Positions 18,739 to 30,503 of a stretch of 64,000 nucleotides of DNA are shown here, piece by piece (within the stretch, counting starts at the first letter, position 1; each line of letters begins with the position of its first letter). Source of the DNA: Tortispora ganteri. Lineage: Eukaryota. The DNA lies in NCBI GenBank assembly GCA_003707115.1, contig PPNB01000007.1:62001-126000 (forward strand), written 5' to 3'. Both the position numbers and the translations under genes were made by a program. The notes under the pieces were generated by a model. The model was given only the letters and a program-made list of their open reading frames with translations. It made no database searches and had not been told where the DNA came from.

Positions 18739-21186
18739 TTATTCTGCGGATGCTTTGAAATCTGTAAACAATCGCACAAATAAAGTACGCAAATTAAACA
18801 AATTAATAAGACGCAATCTTTCGTTACCAAGATGTGCATTGTCAGAAGACTGGCCGCATGGAATTTGTATAACAGGAGCATTAAAAGCTGTCTCGAGCAT
18901 CTTTAAGGCAGTAATTGATCCACCTTCTCGTATAAATAACGGTTCCTCATGCCAAATATCCTGAAGCATATGTTTGATGTCACTGTAAATTGGTTCGCGA
19001 AAGTTACCCATCCAAGGTGACGCTTCTCTTGTGAATTCTAATTTGAATGCACATTGAGATATAGATTTCGTAATGGCTCGAAACTTGTTTTCTAGAAACT
19101 CTTTCAATGTTCGCTTTATAGAATCCAAGTTTTGATCTGGAACCAGTCTAAATGACACAAAGGCTTGCACTTGTCGCGGAATAATGCCACCAGTATTTGC
19201 ACTGCCTGTCACTAAACGGTAAATTGAGAATGATGGTTGTCGCCAACGTGCTTCGAGCTGCTCTAAGGAAAGCTCGGGGACACATTTGCATATATCGTCA
19301 TAAAGCGTCAGCTCGTCATCAGTAGCAGGACGTACGTCATCATAAAATCCAGGGATTTGCACTTGACCGGCGTCATTGGCGAGTGCAGATAATAATTGAA
19401 TCAAATCCTGAGCAGGCTCACGGAATGCTCCTCCATCAACTCCAGAATGAAGGTCTGGCCGGTCAGATGATATAGTTATAGTGGCATTCAGAACTCCTCT
19501 AAGGCCAAAATTAATACACGGCGTCGTCTCATTAATCCATGTAGAGTTAGAAACGAAGATAAAATCAATATTACCAATTGAATCTGCGTGTTCCGATAGA
19601 GCGAACTCCAATCCACGACTAGCACACTCTTCTTCGCCTTCAAGCAGAAATATTACGTCGATGTCTAGATCTCCACGCGCAAATATATCATGAGCAGCAA
19701 ATATCGCGGCAAGTAGTGGACCTTTGTTGTCAGAAACACCTCTGCCGTAAATATACCCATCGCTAGCCTCGAGCTCGTATGGATCTGAGTTCCAGTCCAA
19801 GTGGTCTGCAGGCACAACGTCATAATGTCCATAGAAGAGAACACGATGTCTGGGCTTTTCTATTGTAAATTTTCCTAGTACTAGTGGGTTAGCACTTTTC
19901 ACGGGAAGGAGCGATGAGCAAGCACCCATGCGCTTAAACATATCGTATAAATAAAACGCACAGTTGCTACATTCTTCTATGTAGAGAGATGGCATGCTGG
20001 AGACCGTTCGGTACGAGACCAGTTTTTTCAGTGCATGCAAAAGATCGTCATTTTGGAAATTTGGTTTGTAGGTAAATCCCTGATGAGGTTGGCGATTCTC
20101 AAGCATGAATATACTGATATCCCATAACGCAACCGAAGCATCACTTGCTCCGGTAACTAAGAGGGGTCTAGGAACATTGAGGAATAATGATGCGAGTATA
20201 CGGCCATTATGTGCTTCCCATTTAGCAAGGAGTTCGAAGCGATGGTTCCAAAAGGATATGTTTCCGGAGGTAGAAGCAGTACATATGTACTTTGAGTCTA
20301 TAGACAGAGAAGTTATCTCTTCGGCGTCTACCTGGACTGAACGAGTAGGCTGCATCGTAGTAAGATCCCATACTTTCACTTGGCCGTTGCCGGTTGCGCA
20401 GTAAAGAAACTGATTGTATACTGCGAGGGCGGAAACCGAAGCGGTGTCTGAGCAAGCAAGCGAGTGAAGCAATTTTATGTTGTTCGAATCAGATATCGAC
20501 CAGATGTTAGCGTAGCCGTCGCCGCCAGCTGATATCAGGTAATTAATACCTGAAGGCAATTGAGCGTAAGTAAGATCGTATATATAGGAATAGTGAGCAT
20601 ATCGGGATATGTTTAGAGGGGGTACTTCTATAATGTTTGACTGTAGTGAAGATCCTGAGGAATTATCTGACGAGGGTTCGGATGTGGGCTTTTTAGCGAC
20701 ATGAGGGCATTTCGAATCGAAGAACTTATCGTACCGCAATGCGGGCAGAGAAGATATTTTATCGGATGGGCGAGATACACTGAACCATTGAATACTGGCA
20801 TTCTGCGAACCAAAATAGATGTATTCGCCTATAGGGCATATGGCGAATATGTCGCCGATATCGAAGATGGAGTAGACTGTGTACTCGAGGGTAAGCGTGG
20901 CAATGTTCCAGATCATGATGAGAGAGTCTGATGAGCCGCTTATAAGGTAAGAGTTGTTGATGCAAAGGCTGTGAACGCTAGATGTATGACCGCGTAATGT
21001 AGCGACGGATGAGTAGGAGTGGAGATCAAGCACATGGATCTCGCCTGTTTGGCATCCAGCGAATACATAAGAGCCAGTATAAGCTAACGAAAGAATTGAG
21101 GAGTTATGGTTCCAGGTCGAAACCCTATTTGGAGTGTCTGATGTACTGGCCTCAGCAGGAAGCGGAGTCGATACTCGAGGAATCAT
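18739..21186 (-). CDS. DUG2: WD40 + M20 peptidase, glutathione degradosome subunit
   Basis: N-terminal WD40 repeats, then YGHYDVV, GRGVSDNKGP, EGEEE, DLHSG, IREGGSI and DNAHL.NE. First ATG is at 21186. Confidence 0.92.
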   Translation of the reverse strand: MIPRVSTPLPAEASTSDTPNRVSTWNHNSSILSLAYTGSYVFAGCQTGEIHVLDLHSYSSVATLRGHTSSVHSLCINNSYLISGSSDSLIMIWNIATLTLEYTVYSIFDIGDIFAICPIGEYIYFGSQNASIQWFSVSRPSDKISSLPALRYDKFFDSKCPHVAKKPTSEPSSDNSSGSSLQSNIIEVPPLNISRYAHYSYIYDLTYAQLPSGINYLISAGGDGYANIWSISDSNNIKLLHSLACSDTASVSALAVYNQFLYCATGNGQVKVWDLTTMQPTRSVQVDAEEITSLSIDSKYICTASTSGNISFWNHRFELLAKWEAHNGRILASLFLNVPRPLLVTGASDASVALWDISIFMLENRQPHQGFTYKPNFQNDDLLHALKKLVSYRTVSSMPSLYIEECSNCAFYLYDMFKRMGACSSLLPVKSANPLVLGKFTIEKPRHRVLFYGHYDVVPADHLDWNSDPYELEASDGYIYGRGVSDNKGPLLAAIFAAHDIFARGDLDIDVIFLLEGEEECASRGLEFALSEHADSIGNIDFIFVSNSTWINETTPCINFGLRGVLNATITISSDRPDLHSGVDGGAFREPAQDLIQLLSALANDAGQVQIPGFYDDVRPATDDELTLYDDICKCVPELSLEQLEARWRQPSFSIYRLVTGSANTGGIIPRQVQAFVSFRLVPDQNLDSIKRTLKEFLENKFRAITKSISQCAFKLEFTREASPWMGNFREPIYSDIKHMLQDIWHEEPLFIREGGSITALKMLETAFNAPVIQIPCGQSSDNAHLGNERLRLINLFNLRTLFVRLFTDFKASAE

Positions 21187-21313
21187 TGCTAAAAGCGGCA
21201 GAAAATAGTAAAAAGGACAGCAGACGACGAGTAGCACGAGCTATAAGTAGAGATAGAGAATCGCAATTTTGCGTGCAATTAACCCTATACCCTACGAGTC
21301 AATAATTTTTAGA

Positions 21314-21694
21314 CTAACCAAAAAGGACGGCGGTATCTTTTGGCTTGTAGATGTAGCGGTAGGATGACGAAGTGAACTTAAGACCGTTGAGGTTTTGTAT
21401 AATAAGAGATTCATGAAAACCAAAGAGATTACTAGACCTTCCTGAACCGACACGGACTTTGCCGGCAACTGAAGCAATAACGGAGTTGGAGTGAACATGT
21501 ATATCCATTGATCCCAGCTCGTGTCTAGTCTCGGGCATTGTACCGTACATCTGAGCAAGTGTAGCACCACCATTCAACGGGTTACCATTCCATACAATAT
21601 GCGCATCATCAGCAAATTGTATAGATATATTCGATCTATTCCTGTCGAGTGTCTCGTAATATGATTTGATAAATGGTTCTACTGTTTCGCTCAT
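21314..21694 (-). CDS. NTF2-fold export factor (Nxt1/p15/Mtr2-like)
   Basis: FIKSYYETLD..R, IVWNGNP, SVAGKVRVG and FGFHE. ATG at 21694. Confidence 0.75.
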   Translation of the reverse strand: MSETVEPFIKSYYETLDRNRSNISIQFADDAHIVWNGNPLNGGATLAQMYGTMPETRHELGSMDIHVHSNSVIASVAGKVRVGSGRSSNLFGFHESLIIQNLNGLKFTSSSYRYIYKPKDTAVLFG

Positions 21695-21841
21695 TGTCTT
21701 TTGGGAAAAAGAAGCCCTAATGGAAGCATGGCAGGGGGGGGTCCCCTTGACTCTTTTTTTTTGGGTGATATACTCCCATAGCAACGAGACACCACCAATT
21801 TCATTTATCGAAGATTTTCACTTCCTTCACCAATTCATATA

Positions 21842-23605
21842 ATGTCCGACAGTACAGTACAAGACGTCTCCGAGACGCTTCAGAAGACTTACCTTGATGA
21901 GGTGACGGGCGAACAAGTATCTAAAACTGAGCTCAAGAAGAGACAGAAACAGCGCGCGTTAGCAGAGAAGAAGGCAGCTAAAGCCGCCGCACAGCCTGTC
22001 GCTGCTGCCGTACAGCCTACCACAAAAAAACAGCAAGACGAAGAACTTACGCCTAACCAGTACTTTGAAATACGCTCTCGTGAGATTGACGCTCTTCGCA
22101 AATCCAAGGAACCTAACCCTTACCCGCATAAGTTCCACCAGAATATCAGGATCGACAAGTTCATCGCTAAGTACACTCATCTGACCCGCGGTGAGACCCT
22201 TCCTGATATCGAGGTCGCAGTGTCGGGTAGGATTATGACCAAACGTGAATCCGGCTCTAAGCTCAAATTTTACGTTCTTCAAGGTGAGGGTGAGACCGTA
22301 CAGGTACTTGCTCAGGCACAGGACGCACCTGATGCTGAAGCGTTTGCCAAAATTCATGCCTTGCTCCATCGCGGAGACATAATCGGCGTCCGTGGGTACC
22401 CTGGCCGCACTCAACCTAAGAAAGGTGGCGAGGGTGAACTCTCAATATTTGCTAAAGACGTTGTGCTTCTCTCTCCGTCGCTTCACATGCTGCCCACGGA
22501 GCACTATGGATTCAAGGACCTCGAATCAAGATACCGCCAACGCTATCTCGATCTTATCATCAATCGCAACGTCCGTGACAAATTTATTATGCGTTCTAAG
22601 ATTGTTTCCTATATCAGACAGTTCTTAGACTCTAGAGATTTCATGGAGGTCGAAACCCCAATGATGAACATGATCGCCGGCGGTGCCACCGCTAAACCAT
22701 TCATCACACACCACAACGAGCTCAACATGGACCTTTTTATGCGTGTAGCTCCTGAATTATACTTGAAAATGCTCGTCGTTGGTGGCCTCGAACGTGTTTA
22801 CGAAATTGGCCGCCAATTCCGTAACGAAGGTATCGATCAAACACATAACCCCGAGTTCACAACTTGTGAGTTCTACTGGGCCTATGCCGACATGTACGAT
22901 CTCATGGACATTACCGAACTCATGTTCTCTGAGATGGTCAAGGACCTCACTGGCGGCTACAAGATCAAGTACTCGCCTACAGGCCCAGAAGGAGAGCCAA
23001 TCGAGATTGACTTCTCCAGGCCATGGAAGCGATTTGACATGATGGAGACTCTTGAGGAGAAACTCGGTGTCAAATTTCCGGCTGGAGACCAGCTCCATAC
23101 TGCTGAAACTAACAAGTTCCTCCAGGATATCTTAGCTAAGAACAACCTTGTCTGCTCTCCGCCCTTGACTAACGCGAGAATGCTCGACAAGCTAGTCGGA
23201 GAGTTCATTGAGGAACAATGTATAAACCCGAGCTTTATTACCGGCCATCCGCAAGTAATGTCACCATTGGCTAAGTACCACCGATCCAGACCCGGTCTTT
23301 GCGAGAGATTCGAGGTTTTTGTGGCCACTAAGGAGATCTGTAACGCCTATACGGAATTGAATGATCCCTTCGACCAGCGTGAGCGCTTTGAGGAGCAAGC
23401 CCGACAGAAGGATCAGGGTGATGACGAAGCGCAATTGATTGATGAAAACTTTTGCACTGCTTTAGAATTTGGTTTGCCGCCTACCGCCGGATGGGGTGCC
23501 GGCATTGATAGACTGGCTATGTTCCTGACGAACTCTCATAGTATCAGGGAAGTGCTCCTTTTCCCCGCCATGAAACCAGATGTGATCGCTAAATCAGCTG
23601 AATAG
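21842..23605 (+). CDS. KRS1: Cytoplasmic lysyl-tRNA synthetase
   Basis: [36 protein letters not shown] and [14 protein letters not shown]. Confidence 0.98.
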   Translation: MSDSTVQDVSETLQKTYLDEVTGEQVSKTELKKRQKQRALAEKKAAKAAAQPVAAAVQPTTKKQQDEELTPNQYFEIRSREIDALRKSKEPNPYPHKFHQNIRIDKFIAKYTHLTRGETLPDIEVAVSGRIMTKRESGSKLKFYVLQGEGETVQVLAQAQDAPDAEAFAKIHALLHRGDIIGVRGYPGRTQPKKGGEGELSIFAKDVVLLSPSLHMLPTEHYGFKDLESRYRQRYLDLIINRNVRDKFIMRSKIVSYIRQFLDSRDFMEVETPMMNMIAGGATAKPFITHHNELNMDLFMRVAPELYLKMLVVGGLERVYEIGRQFRNEGIDQTHNPEFTTCEFYWAYADMYDLMDITELMFSEMVKDLTGGYKIKYSPTGPEGEPIEIDFSRPWKRFDMMETLEEKLGVKFPAGDQLHTAETNKFLQDILAKNNLVCSPPLTNARMLDKLVGEFIEEQCINPSFITGHPQVMSPLAKYHRSRPGLCERFEVFVATKEICNAYTELNDPFDQRERFEEQARQKDQGDDEAQLIDENFCTALEFGLPPTAGWGAGIDRLAMFLTNSHSIREVLLFPAMKPDVIAKSAE

Positions 23606-24010
23606 ATTTATTCTACATTATACGCTTTAATAAATTGCATAATAGCATGTAGCATGTAACAACAAGGAGGTTGCAGTGCACTGATGAGCTAGTGTGACCA
23701 TATATGCAAATGCATATACGGCTTTGTTCCGTATAGAAATAGAACATTACATCCCACTAGAAACTGTACAATTAAAAAAACCCTTTAGTCAGTGCGGAAA
23801 ACATTTGCATTAACCGGGTGCATTATGTGGCCCACGCAGGGCCCATAACAGTCAAATGGCATCCGGGCCAAGTTCAGCGAAACACCATATACGTGATATG
23901 TTGCAGTGCACGAAATTATAGGGTCAGTCACGTGCTGGAGGTTCAATTGTTCTTATCTACTCCTTTGCTCGTTTGCCGTGAACTGTGCCACCTTTCACTC
24001 GCCGCTAGGG

Positions 24011-24763
24011 ATGGAGGCGGACGGAGATACGTATATAGCTAATGACCTTAGCGAGTTTGCCGTTTACTGGAAACATGACGTGAGTATCGGTACTGAATAC
24101 GTAGATGATGACCGATCAACTACAGTGTACACTAGAAACAGCACCTATATGCCGTACGGCGGCCTTCCAGAGTTTAAAGAGCTGCCCGTTCCTAATCGAG
24201 AAAACGGTCATAGCTCTGGCAAAGTAAAGCACGCCAGCACTGTTTACGACGCCCCACTGCACGAATTAGACTCCAATGTTGTTTATGAACAAGCTCATCC
24301 AGAATATGGCCCTCCACCTAACTCTTTCATACCTGATCCATACCGACAATCTCGGACCGCAAGGAGCACCGTAGCCTCGCCCATATCCGATTCCGTTTCA
24401 ATTCCTATATATGATCCAGAGCTAGACGTTCTGGTGTACACGAGACGCAAACGAAAAATTGAGGCCCGGCGAGCTAACGCGGTAATGGAAACTCAGACAG
24501 CTGGCAGTCAGCCGCGCGATCCCCACCAGGCACCGCTTAAAGAATACACAATGAAAGAGATAATCCAGAGAGAAGCTGTGAGAACAATTCTCAGTCACCC
24601 TTTAATAGGATATACAACTGATAGATATCCCACTATAAGCACCCCTTACTTGATGCGTCAAGTTCAGTCAAGCTTCATTGACACAATGGCTGGAGACGTA
24701 TGGCTAGATGCGCAAGAAGGCATTATATATGCAAATGAAAACGATCCTGACGCTTTCAATTGA
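24011..24763 (+). CDS. Hypothetical protein (about 250 aa, no family recognised)
   Basis: Long stop-free frame filling the gap between KRS1 and VPS64, with an RRKRK basic cluster. The 5' structure is uncertain. Confidence 0.55.
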   Translation: MEADGDTYIANDLSEFAVYWKHDVSIGTEYVDDDRSTTVYTRNSTYMPYGGLPEFKELPVPNRENGHSSGKVKHASTVYDAPLHELDSNVVYEQAHPEYGPPPNSFIPDPYRQSRTARSTVASPISDSVSIPIYDPELDVLVYTRRKRKIEARRANAVMETQTAGSQPRDPHQAPLKEYTMKEIIQREAVRTILSHPLIGYTTDRYPTISTPYLMRQVQSSFIDTMAGDVWLDAQEGIIYANENDPDAFN

Positions 24764-24877
24764 TTAATACCGGCTTGTTAATTGCTAATTGACAAATTTG
24801 AACAGGAAACCGGACAAAGCACTAGTAGCAAAAAAAAATAGACAGCGAAAAGTATACCTCACAGAAATGGACTGAGT

Positions 24878-26374
24878 CTAAGAATTTTGCGTAATTTCTC
24901 CAAATAATGGTACATCCTTGAACAAGGCCAACATTCCAATCCCAATCCCTATAATACCAAATGCAGATATCACATGACCAATACGCGTAACGTCATAGTG
25001 ACTTTTGGTTGAAGAAACAGGAGGCGTCGATGTAACCTGTTTCGTTGATCTTTGAGTAGAAGCTGGACTAACTGAAATTGATGAGATTCGAGGATCAGGG
25101 AATGATGATGATGAAAGGTCTTTACTTTTCATTGATGCTTCTTCTAGCAGATGCTGGATTTTAGTTTTTTCTGTTTGAGTATCTTGAAGCTGTTTCCGCA
25201 ATGTATTGATAAGATTAGTTTGTTCAGAGACTCGACGCTTTAGTGTTTTTATTTCGCTGTCTACAACAGGTGAGACTGCGTTCAAGTTTTGGTTCTCTAG
25301 CATTGAATTTTCTGTCAACGGTTCTGTAGCATTTGTCGCGTCATCTGATGATATTTTGGAGGCTGGTAACTTTTCTCCAGAACTTATTCCGTTACTGTCT
25401 GGAACGGGAGACTCAAAGGGCATTTCGAGGTCCTTTATTGGCTTGCGTTTTATTTCTGGTTGTTTCAGCAGCAGCTGTGCCTTTTTAATCTCGATGGATT
25501 GCAGATGCGATCTTTTTATCAGATCTTGTATGGAAGCGAGAAGAGGTGCTAGGTTTAGCGGGGCATAAGGAGCTTCTAGTGCTTGTTTCATGGAGAGATC
25601 TGCTTGAAGCGAAGGCTCGAATGCAGAATTATAACTTGATATATCATATTCAGGTGCCTCTTCGGCGGAGAACATTTCCGGGGATGCATATGATAGTGGA
25701 TTTGATTTAGCAGGCTGGTTTGCAATGTTATGCGGTGATGCAGAGATTATTATTATCTTGCTAATAACAGCTGCGATTCTTTTGTGGATTTTGCCAGAAC
25801 TAGTGTCTGCCTGTATATCAATCCCCAGGTAAAGGGCGTCCTTCTCGCTGAGCGGGGTACCTTCGGCTTTTTCGTTGGAGGAGAGCTTTGTACCATTAAC
25901 GTATGTACCATTGGCGCTATTTGCATCCTTTATGAAGACAGTATTTGATGCTGGATCAAAGGATAAAGTTGCATGATTACGACTTAAAACGCGAGTATCG
26001 AAGAAACCGTTGGTAGGAGATGGCACTGTCTGCGCGCTGATCTGTCGGCCGAGTTTGCATACCGAAGGATGTGCAGGTACTTTTATGCATTTTGGCTGAA
26101 AGGTATCGTTTAGAGAGTGCAGGAAGACCAGGGCAAAAGACGTATTGACGTCTAGATCGTCATTTTCCGCATGGGCTTTAGTGTGGTGGATAAAAAGTGC
26201 ACGTTCAGCGGGAGTTAGCTTCACCGGTGAATTCAGGGGTTTATTTAACAAAGATTTAGAACCGTTTAAGGAGGTATCAGTTTGAATAGACGCGGACGTA
26301 TCAGGAATATTGTCCAATGTGTGCGCGACTAAAGAGTCTTCTATGAGTGTAGACGATGATGTCGCAACAGTCAT
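24878..26374 (-). CDS. VPS64: FHA + coiled-coil + C-terminal TM protein (Vps64/Far9-Far10, SLMAP-like)
   Basis: KLGRQ, NGFFDTRVLSRNHA, D.NSANGTYVNG and tail anchor VISAFGIIGIGIGMLALF. First ATG is at 26374. Confidence 0.85.
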   Translation of the reverse strand: MTVATSSSTLIEDSLVAHTLDNIPDTSASIQTDTSLNGSKSLLNKPLNSPVKLTPAERALFIHHTKAHAENDDLDVNTSFALVFLHSLNDTFQPKCIKVPAHPSVCKLGRQISAQTVPSPTNGFFDTRVLSRNHATLSFDPASNTVFIKDANSANGTYVNGTKLSSNEKAEGTPLSEKDALYLGIDIQADTSSGKIHKRIAAVISKIIIISASPHNIANQPAKSNPLSYASPEMFSAEEAPEYDISSYNSAFEPSLQADLSMKQALEAPYAPLNLAPLLASIQDLIKRSHLQSIEIKKAQLLLKQPEIKRKPIKDLEMPFESPVPDSNGISSGEKLPASKISSDDATNATEPLTENSMLENQNLNAVSPVVDSEIKTLKRRVSEQTNLINTLRKQLQDTQTEKTKIQHLLEEASMKSKDLSSSSFPDPRISSISVSPASTQRSTKQVTSTPPVSSTKSHYDVTRIGHVISAFGIIGIGIGMLALFKDVPLFGEITQNS

Positions 26375-26662
26375 ACTGCGAGACAAATTATGCGGTGATT
26401 CAAAATTTCAATAAATTTCTCAATTTAACAAATGTTACTCAGTGTAAGAAATTTGGCGAAATTTGGCGATATAGGGTGGCGTTTGGGCCCCACAATTTGG
26501 TGGTGTGGATAAAGTGTAGAAGGTGTCACAGGAGTCCGCGCCTAAATATGCAAAATCCAGCCAATTATACAACATCAGGGCCATAATGTTTTTTACAATT
26601 AATAAATAAACACGCAAATACATAAATTAGCGCAGATAGACCTTTTTTTTTTTTTCCTCGCT

Positions 26663-28252
26663 TTAAATCTCGATCTCAATGCCAATCTCGGCGATCAAGT
26701 CATCAATAGACTTAGACGTTTGACTCACCGAGGACGGAGTTTCATTCACTTCAGGTTGCGTCTGTGGCTCATTGTCCACAGCCGGCGTTTCTGATGACAC
26801 CCTTGAGGAGTCTGAGTTGTAAAAAATGCGCGTATTTGTTTTAAATCGTTTAAACGGATCAGTGACGGCAGACGCACCTTGCCGTTTCTCTTCGTTAGCC
26901 AGTAATTCCGCCTTGCGGATCTCCTCCTGATTGCTTTTGCGGTTTCTTGCATTCACTTTAGCTAGTTTAGACAGCTGCGATTCTTCTATTGCTTTCTTTG
27001 AAGATGCAAGCTTCGCATCAATCTCTTTGATTTCTGCTTCAAGTTCAGCCACTTTTTCACTGTTGCCCTGTTCTCGTGCGACAAGCAGGAACTGGTGCAG
27101 TTCTGACTTCCGCAGAACGAGAAGATGAGGCACGTGCGCTCCAGATAGCAGCCTACGTTTTTCAATGATCTCATTCAATTCGTCCTGAGTCAGTTTATGT
27201 TCACTCATTTCCTTGAGCTGCTTAAACTTCCGCAATAATTTCGCCCTCGAAGGAACTACAGATCCTTCCTTTTTAAGAGTGTTCTTCCACCATTCGAATT
27301 CTTCCTCTGTAAATGGTGAGTCTGAACAGATTCCAAACTCAAACTCGCGTTCAGCTTTGCCGTGGACTGCGACGATCTTCTGGTTGACGGTGCGGTTCAT
27401 GAACGAGTACGTTTTGCTGGGCACCAGGCGCACTACCTGGCATACGCGGTACACGCTTTGGCCTGTTTGTCTGTTGAAACCAATATTAATGCGGACATAG
27501 CATCCGACTATCGCAGTATCAAACTGTGGATGGTGACAATATTTAGTGAAAAGGGTCCTGCCGAAACGCACTTTGTTAAGATCCTTTAAAGTAGCATCTA
27601 CATCCTGATCGTCATCTGACGCCCACTCGACGTCATCTTTACCTGTAGATTTACCGGAATATTCAGGTTCGTAATCTTCCTCTTCACTGCTGTAACTGCG
27701 TTCTGATTCTTCGTCGCTGCCAATGTGAGCAGGTTCGTAGCCGTCCTTCTCGATCCGTTGGCGACGATTTTCGCGCGCTTTGCGTTTCTTAGTGAGCTCC
27801 TGTAGTCGAGATTTTCTAGCATCACTCTTTTGTTCACGCTGTCGTGTACTACGCTGTTCACGTTTCGCCGCCTGCTCACGTTGTGTCTTCAAGCGCTGTG
27901 CGAGGTACTTGCGCTCGTTGTACCGCTGCATTTCCTGTGAACGATCGAACAATGTTTGTTCGCGTTCGATTTCTGGTAGCCCTTCAAGCCATTCCATATC
28001 CTCTTCATCCTTAAATTTACCATACAAAGGGTATGGTGGTGGTTCTTCTATATCATCTTCATTTTCATGCGTTTCTGCGCCTATACCTGCACCCGCAGCT
28101 GCCTCATCTTCGTCCAACTCTGAAAGCTCAGAGTCCGATTCTGTTCCGGATTCGAGATCATCATCACTAATTCTTCTTCTTTTTGTATTCGATGTCTCAT
28201 TTTCAGCCTGTTCACCCGCCGCAAGTGCTAAAAGATCTTCATCAAAGTCCAT
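26663..28252 (-). CDS. RTF1: PAF1 complex subunit Rtf1 (Plus3 domain)
   Basis: [42 protein letters not shown]...YRVCQV, N.RNRK.N and DPF.R.KT. Confidence 0.95.
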   Translation of the reverse strand: MDFDEDLLALAAGEQAENETSNTKRRRISDDDLESGTESDSELSELDEDEAAAGAGIGAETHENEDDIEEPPPYPLYGKFKDEEDMEWLEGLPEIEREQTLFDRSQEMQRYNERKYLAQRLKTQREQAAKREQRSTRQREQKSDARKSRLQELTKKRKARENRRQRIEKDGYEPAHIGSDEESERSYSSEEEDYEPEYSGKSTGKDDVEWASDDDQDVDATLKDLNKVRFGRTLFTKYCHHPQFDTAIVGCYVRINIGFNRQTGQSVYRVCQVVRLVPSKTYSFMNRTVNQKIVAVHGKAEREFEFGICSDSPFTEEEFEWWKNTLKKEGSVVPSRAKLLRKFKQLKEMSEHKLTQDELNEIIEKRRLLSGAHVPHLLVLRKSELHQFLLVAREQGNSEKVAELEAEIKEIDAKLASSKKAIEESQLSKLAKVNARNRKSNQEEIRKAELLANEEKRQGASAVTDPFKRFKTNTRIFYNSDSSRVSSETPAVDNEPQTQPEVNETPSSVSQTSKSIDDLIAEIGIEIEI

Positions 28253-28366
28253 TTCTGTCTTATTTTAGCTCTCTCTTGGTGGTTATGTGAAAAGGCTACC
28301 TAGTCAAATACACTAAAAAGATTGCCTCCCACCCAGATTATCTACCAACAAAAAAATAACACTAAA

Positions 28367-29674
28367 ATGTCCATTCTCGGTATATATATACTTAACGGAA
28401 AATCTGCTATTGTCTCTATTCCTTTATCAAATGATTGTACAGTTGTTTATCCAACTAATAAACCCATTGAACTGATCTCTAATACTAAAGTGGCCTATTC
28501 AGAGGACTTCGATGCCCTAACAGTACTCATAGTATCATCACCCGACCTGAACCCTCTCGTAGCGCTCGATATTATTAAAGCACTGACTTTACTCCTTACA
28601 GACTACTTTGGAGAACTCAACCCGACAAAAATTAAGGCAAACCTCGACACAGTAATGCTCATAATCAGCCAGTTCCTAGAAGCAAAGTACCCCTACCTCA
28701 GTGAACCAAACGCTATCAGAGAACTCGTCCCACAAGGCGGCCTACTCCAGCGGCTACTCAAGTCCGCCTCCGTCTCTGCAAACAGTATATCAACTGCCGT
28801 TCAGCCTACCCCTTGGCGCAGAAGCAATGTTAAGTATACTAGCAATGAGCTCTACGTTGACATCATTGAACGTGTCGATCTTGTCTTCAACTCGCACCGC
28901 TCTAAATCCGCCCTCCATGACCCCTCAGTCGCCTCCGCGTTTCTGTCAGCATCCGTAAAACCTCATTTTCGCGTACCTACACTTTCTAGGGTCTCCGGAT
29001 CTGTCATGGTCCGCGCACAGCTCTCCGGCATACCAGAGTTATCCATGCGCATAGTCCCGGGACCTAAGACACAGTTTGTAGGCTGCTCCTTCCACGACTG
29101 TGTGTCTAGAGACGTCTGGAACCAGAGCCCCGGAAACCTCTCGTTTATACCCCCAGATGGTTCCTTCGAGCTCATGAAGTACTCTATTATAGGCCTAAAA
29201 AACTACGGACCTATATCCGTAGAACTCTGGACTGGGATGGGCGCTAAAATGGACGAGTTCGAACTACGACTGTTCACGTCTATCGACTCCAGAATTAAAT
29301 CCGTCGAGTCCCTTTGTATTGAACTAGTATTCGACCCTAAAGTGGTCGGCGGCCTCGGCACTATAAGAGCATCTTCTGGCGAGTGCATCTACGAATCATC
29401 CGGTTTGGCCAGATGGTCCTTCCCCAAAACAAGCCTGGGCTGGAACGCGACATTGCGCGGTTCTGCTACTGCCGTGAACAACGACACCCCGGCAACTTCA
29501 CTCCTGCTGCCCAAACACGCCCGCGTGAATTTTGAATACAAAGGCGCCCTCATTAGCGGGACAAAAATCGACAGCTTAAATTTCGTCTCAAACCGCGGAA
29601 TGGCAGACAATGTCAAACCGTACAAGGGTGTCAAGTACATCACCCTGGCAAGAGACATTATCGTCCGAAGCTGA
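28367..29674 (+). CDS. APM3: AP-3 adaptor complex mu subunit
   Basis: PWRRSNVKYTSNELYVDIIE, LSGIPEL, SFHDCV, LSFIPPDGSFELMKY and KPYKGVKY. Confidence 0.9.
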   Translation: MSILGIYILNGKSAIVSIPLSNDCTVVYPTNKPIELISNTKVAYSEDFDALTVLIVSSPDLNPLVALDIIKALTLLLTDYFGELNPTKIKANLDTVMLIISQFLEAKYPYLSEPNAIRELVPQGGLLQRLLKSASVSANSISTAVQPTPWRRSNVKYTSNELYVDIIERVDLVFNSHRSKSALHDPSVASAFLSASVKPHFRVPTLSRVSGSVMVRAQLSGIPELSMRIVPGPKTQFVGCSFHDCVSRDVWNQSPGNLSFIPPDGSFELMKYSIIGLKNYGPISVELWTGMGAKMDEFELRLFTSIDSRIKSVESLCIELVFDPKVVGGLGTIRASSGECIYESSGLARWSFPKTSLGWNATLRGSATAVNNDTPATSLLLPKHARVNFEYKGALISGTKIDSLNFVSNRGMADNVKPYKGVKYITLARDIIVRS

Positions 29675-29683
29675 AAATTGTTT

Positions 29684-30298
29684 CTATTCCTTTCCGTTGA
29701 GTCGTTCTATGAGTTCGCATACTTCATCGAGCTGCTTGACCACAAAATCTGTCTCCTCTATCTCCTTCAGGTGCTGATTCACATCGTTCTCCAGCAGCAC
29801 AGTCTGCGTCCCTGCAGACCGACCAGCAACCATGTCGTCGATTGAGTCTCCAACCATCAACATTTCTGAACATGGCACGCCTAGCTTCTCTGATATGTAT
29901 TGGATTCCCGCAGGATGCGGTTTCGGTGGCTTGAAATACCTGGTAACTATCATGTCGTAAGTGACATCGGGCGTAAATGTGCTGGTAAGGTGCTCTACAG
30001 GCAGTGGGAAGTTTCGCGTGCAGATAGCCTTCTTTATGCCCTTGCTCTCTAAGAACTTCATAACTTTGATTAGACCAGGCTGTGGCTGCATTTCTTTCAT
30101 AGCTTTGGTTTCAATCGCGCGCAGCTTGTCCTGGGCTTCTTCTTGCTCCTTTTCCGGCAGAGACTCTACGTAGTCCAGAATGTCTATGCTTTTGTCAATT
30201 GCCAGAGCGTCTCTCATTTGGCGAAACATCCATGTCTGCGGTAGACATAGTGTCCCGTCCATGTCGAAAACTACACCTTTAATGACCATTCTAAGCAT
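29684..30298 (-). CDS. HAD-superfamily hydrolase (YOR131C-like)
   Basis: VFDMDGTL, CTRN, KPHPAG and MVGDSIDDM. Confidence 0.9.
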   Translation of the reverse strand: MLRMVIKGVVFDMDGTLCLPQTWMFRQMRDALAIDKSIDILDYVESLPEKEQEEAQDKLRAIETKAMKEMQPQPGLIKVMKFLESKGIKKAICTRNFPLPVEHLTSTFTPDVTYDMIVTRYFKPPKPHPAGIQYISEKLGVPCSEMLMVGDSIDDMVAGRSAGTQTVLLENDVNQHLKEIEETDFVVKQLDEVCELIERLNGKE

Positions 30299-30503
30299 CA
30301 GATGGCTCGAGATACAGATTTATGTGCAAGATCGCGGGTTTGGATATCGAAACCTTAAACCGGCAAAATGTCCCCCCGCCGCCCGAATGAGTATAACACT
30401 CCCCACTCCCATTCCGCCTGTTTGCATCATCAATCCTTGCTCCACTCTCACCATCTCGCAAACGCACCAGATTCCTCAGCCTATTTGGTCCTACTGTACA
30501 GCA

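Noticed and set aside
23620..23850. Possible C/D snoRNA (TGATGA near 23682) after KRS1
   Set aside because: I could not identify a matching D box with terminal stem or an rRNA-complementary guide.
30180..30503. 108-aa N-terminal extension of VPS17 in the ORF track
   Set aside because: It overlaps the HAD gene and the shared promoter; conserved sequence begins after ATG 30504.
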